A stretch of DNA of 64,000 nt from an uncultured Gammaproteobacteria bacterium. Lineage in GTDB: Bacteria; Patescibacteriota; Patescibacteriia; Magasanikbacterales; JBBTQS01. Numbering within the stretch: the stretch's first letter is position 1; each line of letters starts with the position of its first letter. The translations under genes and the position numbers were made by a program. Below the pieces are notes generated by a model. That model did no database searches. It saw only the letters and a list, made by a program, of their open reading frames with translations, and was not told where the DNA came from. The stretch lies in assembly GCA_965230935.1 (NCBI GenBank), contig OZ246400.1:374359-438358 (forward strand). The letters run 5' to 3'. Of this stretch, positions 60,591 to 64,000 are shown piece by piece.

Positions 60591-62876
60591 CTACCGAGCT
60601 GCTTGAGCCTGCGCCTGTTCTAATTTAACCGAAAGCATGCGAGAAACGCCATCGTCTCCCATGGTGATCCCATAGAGTACGTCTGCAGCCTCCATAGTGG
60701 CACGATTGTGAGAGATCACAATAAATTGTGTCTTGCTTGCGAGCTCCTCGAGAATCTTTGAAAACCGAAGCGAGTTACTTTCATCTAGCGCAGCGTCCAC
60801 CTCATCAAGCACTACAAATGGAGATGGATTAATCGACAAAATTGCACACAGCAATGCCACCGATGCCATCGCTCGTTCTCCACCGGAGAGCACGCTCACG
60901 TCTGCAATGCGCTTTCCTGGCGGCGTAGCGTGAATATCAATACCAGCAAGCTCCTCTGCAGCAGCTTCATCCAACTCATGCTCCAACGCATCAACGTCAT
61001 GCACGTGTTGCTCATCATTAGTCTCTGCCACAGGTCGTGGCCGTGGTTCTTGTTTAATTTGCACAATGCCTGCCTTTCCACCATCAAAGAGTAATTTGAA
61101 ATACCGATCAAATTCTTTGTTAATTGCAGCAAATGCTGACTTGCGTTTAGTACGCATAACATCATCCAGGGATGCAATCACTTTTTGCAACCCATGCATG
61201 GCACCATCAAGATCCTCAACTTGTTCTGTTAAGAAGCTATAGCGCTCTTGGGTTTGCGCATATTCTTCGATGATCTCTTCATCAATACTCCCAATTAACT
61301 CAAGTTGTCGGCGTAGACGATACACATCGTGCTGCACATCAGACACCACCACACTGCGGAGTGCACTTGGCTTTTGTGCGATGATTTCATCTTTAAGCTC
61401 AAGCACTTCGCGGTCAATTTCTTCAGAAAGTGCTTGTTGTCGAGTTTCCACGCGAGCAAGTTGTACAGCAGCATCACTTAATTTTCGCTGCGCCTCGTGC
61501 AACGCGCTTTGATGAGTTTGTAACTCACGCTGCAATTCAAAAAAGCTACTCTTCTTTTTCTGTTCATCTTTGCTAAATGCTTGCATGCGTGCCTGACGCT
61601 CTGCCACCTCTTCTTCAAGCAACACTAATGTCTTTTCGAGTTCGAGAATCTGCGCTTTGATCTTGGTATCAATAAATGGTTTGCGCTTTTCCGGTGCCGG
61701 TTTTTGTAATCGATCAATTAACCCGGAAACGCGCTTACTAATCTTGCCAAGCAACCGTGTAAGGACAGACTGATCTTTTTGCGCAGCATGTCCTTTGAGT
61801 TCAGCCTGAACCGTTTCAAGCTCCATAATAATTTTGGAAAGCGGAAGTGGCGTCCACTTTGCCTCATTTTGCGCGCGCATTTTGGCAACCTCCATTGCAT
61901 TGGTCAATCGCAACAATTCCTCCTTGGTTGAGGACCGCTTCGCATAGACTTGCTCGTATTCTTTTTGCAATTGCGTATAGGTGTCACTATCAGTTTCAGC
62001 TACTTCCATTTCTCGCATTTTTTCAAACGCGACGTCATATTGTTTTTGAATACTTTGGGACGCCTCCTGTGCTGCTCCATGCTTGCGCAGTGCCTCTTTA
62101 TATTGGCTAGCGCTTTCCACCCACTGCGCACCATAATACTGAAGGTATTTTTCTTTCAGTTGCTGCTCTACACTTTCACGTTTCTCAAGACGCTTTACTT
62201 GGCGCGTCAGGCTCGACAATCGTGGTGCAATCTCTTGCAACAACATTTTGGTCTCGTGCAAATTCTCTTTTGTGGCATGTAACTTGAGTGTTGAACGATG
62301 TCGCTTAATTTGAAACTCTTTAATCCCGGCTGCTTCGTCAAAAAATTGCTTGCGCTCTGCTGCACTTGCCATCAACATATGATCAATCATTCCCTGGCCA
62401 ATTACAGTGTATGTTTTTTGCGCAAAATGGGCACGCGCCAACAAAAGCTGAATATCTGCCAATCGAACCGTCTGATTATTGATCAGATATTCTGACTCAC
62501 CTGATCGATACACCCGTCGTGTAATAGCAATCTCACTATAATCAAACACACTATCTTCCTCTTCTGGTCCTGGGGTTATGGTTCCGTCTTCATTGTTGAG
62601 CGTTAGGGTAACTTGCGCAAATCCAAGTCGTGATTTATTGGCAGAACCGGAAAAAATCACATCCTGACTTTTCTTTCCACGAATGGTCTTGAGTGATTGC
62701 TCGCCCAACACCCACCGAATAGCATCAGCAACATTACTTTTTCCACTCCCATTTGGGCCCACGATACCGGTAATCCCTTTATGTTTGGATTGTGGTGGGA
62801 TAAATTCAAAAACAGTCTTTTTGGCAAAAGACTTAAAGCCTTGGATTTCCATCTGCTGCAAATGCATAGTACCCAC
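60591..62876 (-). CDS. smc: SMC-like chromosome segregation ATPase (short form, 761 aa)
   Basis: Walker A GPNGSGKSN. Long coiled-coil. ABC signature LSGGERAMASVALL. Walker B/D-loop VLDEVDAALD. Confidence 0.8.
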   Translation of the reverse strand: MGTMHLQQMEIQGFKSFAKKTVFEFIPPQSKHKGITGIVGPNGSGKSNVADAIRWVLGEQSLKTIRGKKSQDVIFSGSANKSRLGFAQVTLTLNNEDGTITPGPEEEDSVFDYSEIAITRRVYRSGESEYLINNQTVRLADIQLLLARAHFAQKTYTVIGQGMIDHMLMASAAERKQFFDEAAGIKEFQIKRHRSTLKLHATKENLHETKMLLQEIAPRLSSLTRQVKRLEKRESVEQQLKEKYLQYYGAQWVESASQYKEALRKHGAAQEASQSIQKQYDVAFEKMREMEVAETDSDTYTQLQKEYEQVYAKRSSTKEELLRLTNAMEVAKMRAQNEAKWTPLPLSKIIMELETVQAELKGHAAQKDQSVLTRLLGKISKRVSGLIDRLQKPAPEKRKPFIDTKIKAQILELEKTLVLLEEEVAERQARMQAFSKDEQKKKSSFFELQRELQTHQSALHEAQRKLSDAAVQLARVETRQQALSEEIDREVLELKDEIIAQKPSALRSVVVSDVQHDVYRLRRQLELIGSIDEEIIEEYAQTQERYSFLTEQVEDLDGAMHGLQKVIASLDDVMRTKRKSAFAAINKEFDRYFKLLFDGGKAGIVQIKQEPRPRPVAETNDEQHVHDVDALEHELDEAAAEELAGIDIHATPPGKRIADVSVLSGGERAMASVALLCAILSINPSPFVVLDEVDAALDESNSLRFSKILEELASKTQFIVISHNRATMEAADVLYGITMGDDGVSRMLSVKLEQAQAQAAR

Positions 62877-63004
62877 CTATTGTACTATGGGTACTATCCT
62901 CAAGCAATCGTCCTTATAATTTGACGGTCTAAATTACTAACCCCGCAGACTGTTAGGCCGCGGGGAAGTGGTTGTTTGAATTGTGTTTTTGCTTCTGCTC
63001 GACG

Positions 63005-63988
63005 TCAGGATGCACTGGTCGTCAAGCCAAGCTTGGTGATGGTGTTCAAGAACATCTTGGTGTCGAACACCTTCTGCAGCTCCTCAGGAGGGTTGATCCG
63101 AAGGTTTCCGTAGTAGCTGAGCATGCACCCGATACAGAAGTTGGACCACTCGTTCCAGTGAACGTCCTCCACAGCCGGAGCATCACCCACGATTTGATCT
63201 CGTACCACGGTCAGGAACGCGCCGCATTGGAGCATCCCAGCGCGGGACAAAACCTCGTCGGGGTCGCTGAACTGATCGGTGACGACTGGTTGCGTAGCAA
63301 AGGAGATGGATGTTGAGCCCACCTGCGACTCCGGTGCTTCAACAGCCTGCAGCAGCCCTTGGACAATCTCTTTGACTCCCCCTGGAGAAAGAAGGTTCTC
63401 AGCAACACGCAACTGCGCGCACAACCGATCGACCTCTGCCACCAGTCCGGTGAACAGCTCGTCCGGAGTCTCCGGGGTGAACGGTTCGGCCGCATCCTCG
63501 TTGGCCAGGGTGTGCAATCCCGAAGGATGCAACAACCGAAGCGCGTTTTCCACGCTTAGATCAACGCTCGAGCGCGTCGCGCCCCAACCACGAAATACCG
63601 GCGCACCGGATCTGCGGTTGGTTTGGGCACGAAAACGCCAGTCAACCGCACCGATCCCCTGGTACACCGTAGTGCCAAGGAACCAATGCATGGTCCACTG
63701 CCAACGCCAGAAGCACAGCAGTGTCGCGCCCCACTCGATGATCAGATCCTTGGCCATCCAGAGCAGCTCGATCCAACCGTCGGTTTGCACCGCTTTAACC
63801 GCGGCGCTCCAACAGCGGAGCACCCACTGGGGGAACATCTTGTGCCAAGTGGCCCAGCGCCAGGACGGAAACCACCCTCCCAACGCGTGCACCAGGTGAT
63901 GCGGCATGTCGAAGACTTCCACGTCACCAAAGAGCAGGCGCTTGGTCTGCTCGAACTCGCGCGAGCGCGACTTGATGCAGACCTGCAA
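63005..63988 (-). CDS. hypothetical protein, GC-rich; may extend beyond window end
   Basis: 327-aa ORF, W/H-rich (HHLVH). The reading frame is still open at the window edge. Confidence 0.3.
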   Translation of the reverse strand: MQVCIKSRSREFEQTKRLLFGDVEVFDMPHHLVHALGGWFPSWRWATWHKMFPQWVLRCWSAAVKAVQTDGWIELLWMAKDLIIEWGATLLCFWRWQWTMHWFLGTTVYQGIGAVDWRFRAQTNRRSGAPVFRGWGATRSSVDLSVENALRLLHPSGLHTLANEDAAEPFTPETPDELFTGLVAEVDRLCAQLRVAENLLSPGGVKEIVQGLLQAVEAPESQVGSTSISFATQPVVTDQFSDPDEVLSRAGMLQCGAFLTVVRDQIVGDAPAVEDVHWNEWSNFCIGCMLSYYGNLRINPPEELQKVFDTKMFLNTITKLGLTTSAS

Positions 63989-64000
63989 CTCGCCGTCCTT

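Noticed and set aside
62972-63316. 114-aa + strand ORF
   Set aside because: It lies antisense inside the longer GC-rich minus-strand ORF 63005-63988.

Overview
This is a compact, mostly AT-rich (~40-45% GC) bacterial chromosome segment carrying translation and cell-division housekeeping genes. Named genes are infC-rpmI-rplT, lexA-dinB, pyk, htrA, nrdR, ftsZ, ftsA, ybeY, rpsU, hisS, lepB, trmD, rpsP and an SMC-like ATPase. It also holds a 16S rRNA gene interrupted near its 3' end by a group-I-type intron encoding a LAGLIDADG homing endonuclease, followed by tRNA-Ile(GAT) with no adjacent 23S. Gene content and style are consistent with a Patescibacteria/CPR-like organism; this is an inference. 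The most notable region is a ~13 kb integrative element inserted in tRNA-Asp(GTC) (27-bp att repeat; integrase, excisionase, primase-helicase, m5C restriction-modification pair). It carries a complete diversity-generating retroelement: a reverse transcriptase with the LGxxxSQ motif, an Avd-like four-helix-bundle gene, and a 113-bp TR/VR pair showing 22 adenine-specific substitutions in a GC-rich target gene. A second notable locus is a pair of adjacent surface-protein genes (3390 aa and 633 aa) sharing a ~100-aa VirB2/TrbC-pilin-like N-terminal domain; the giant one carries Cys-rich repeats. At least eight discrete GC-rich (60-67%) patches sit in the AT-rich background, several next to recombinase, tRNA or DGR signatures. 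One of these is a ~0.9 kb apparently non-coding insert in the rpsP-KH-trmD cluster. No CRISPR array was seen.
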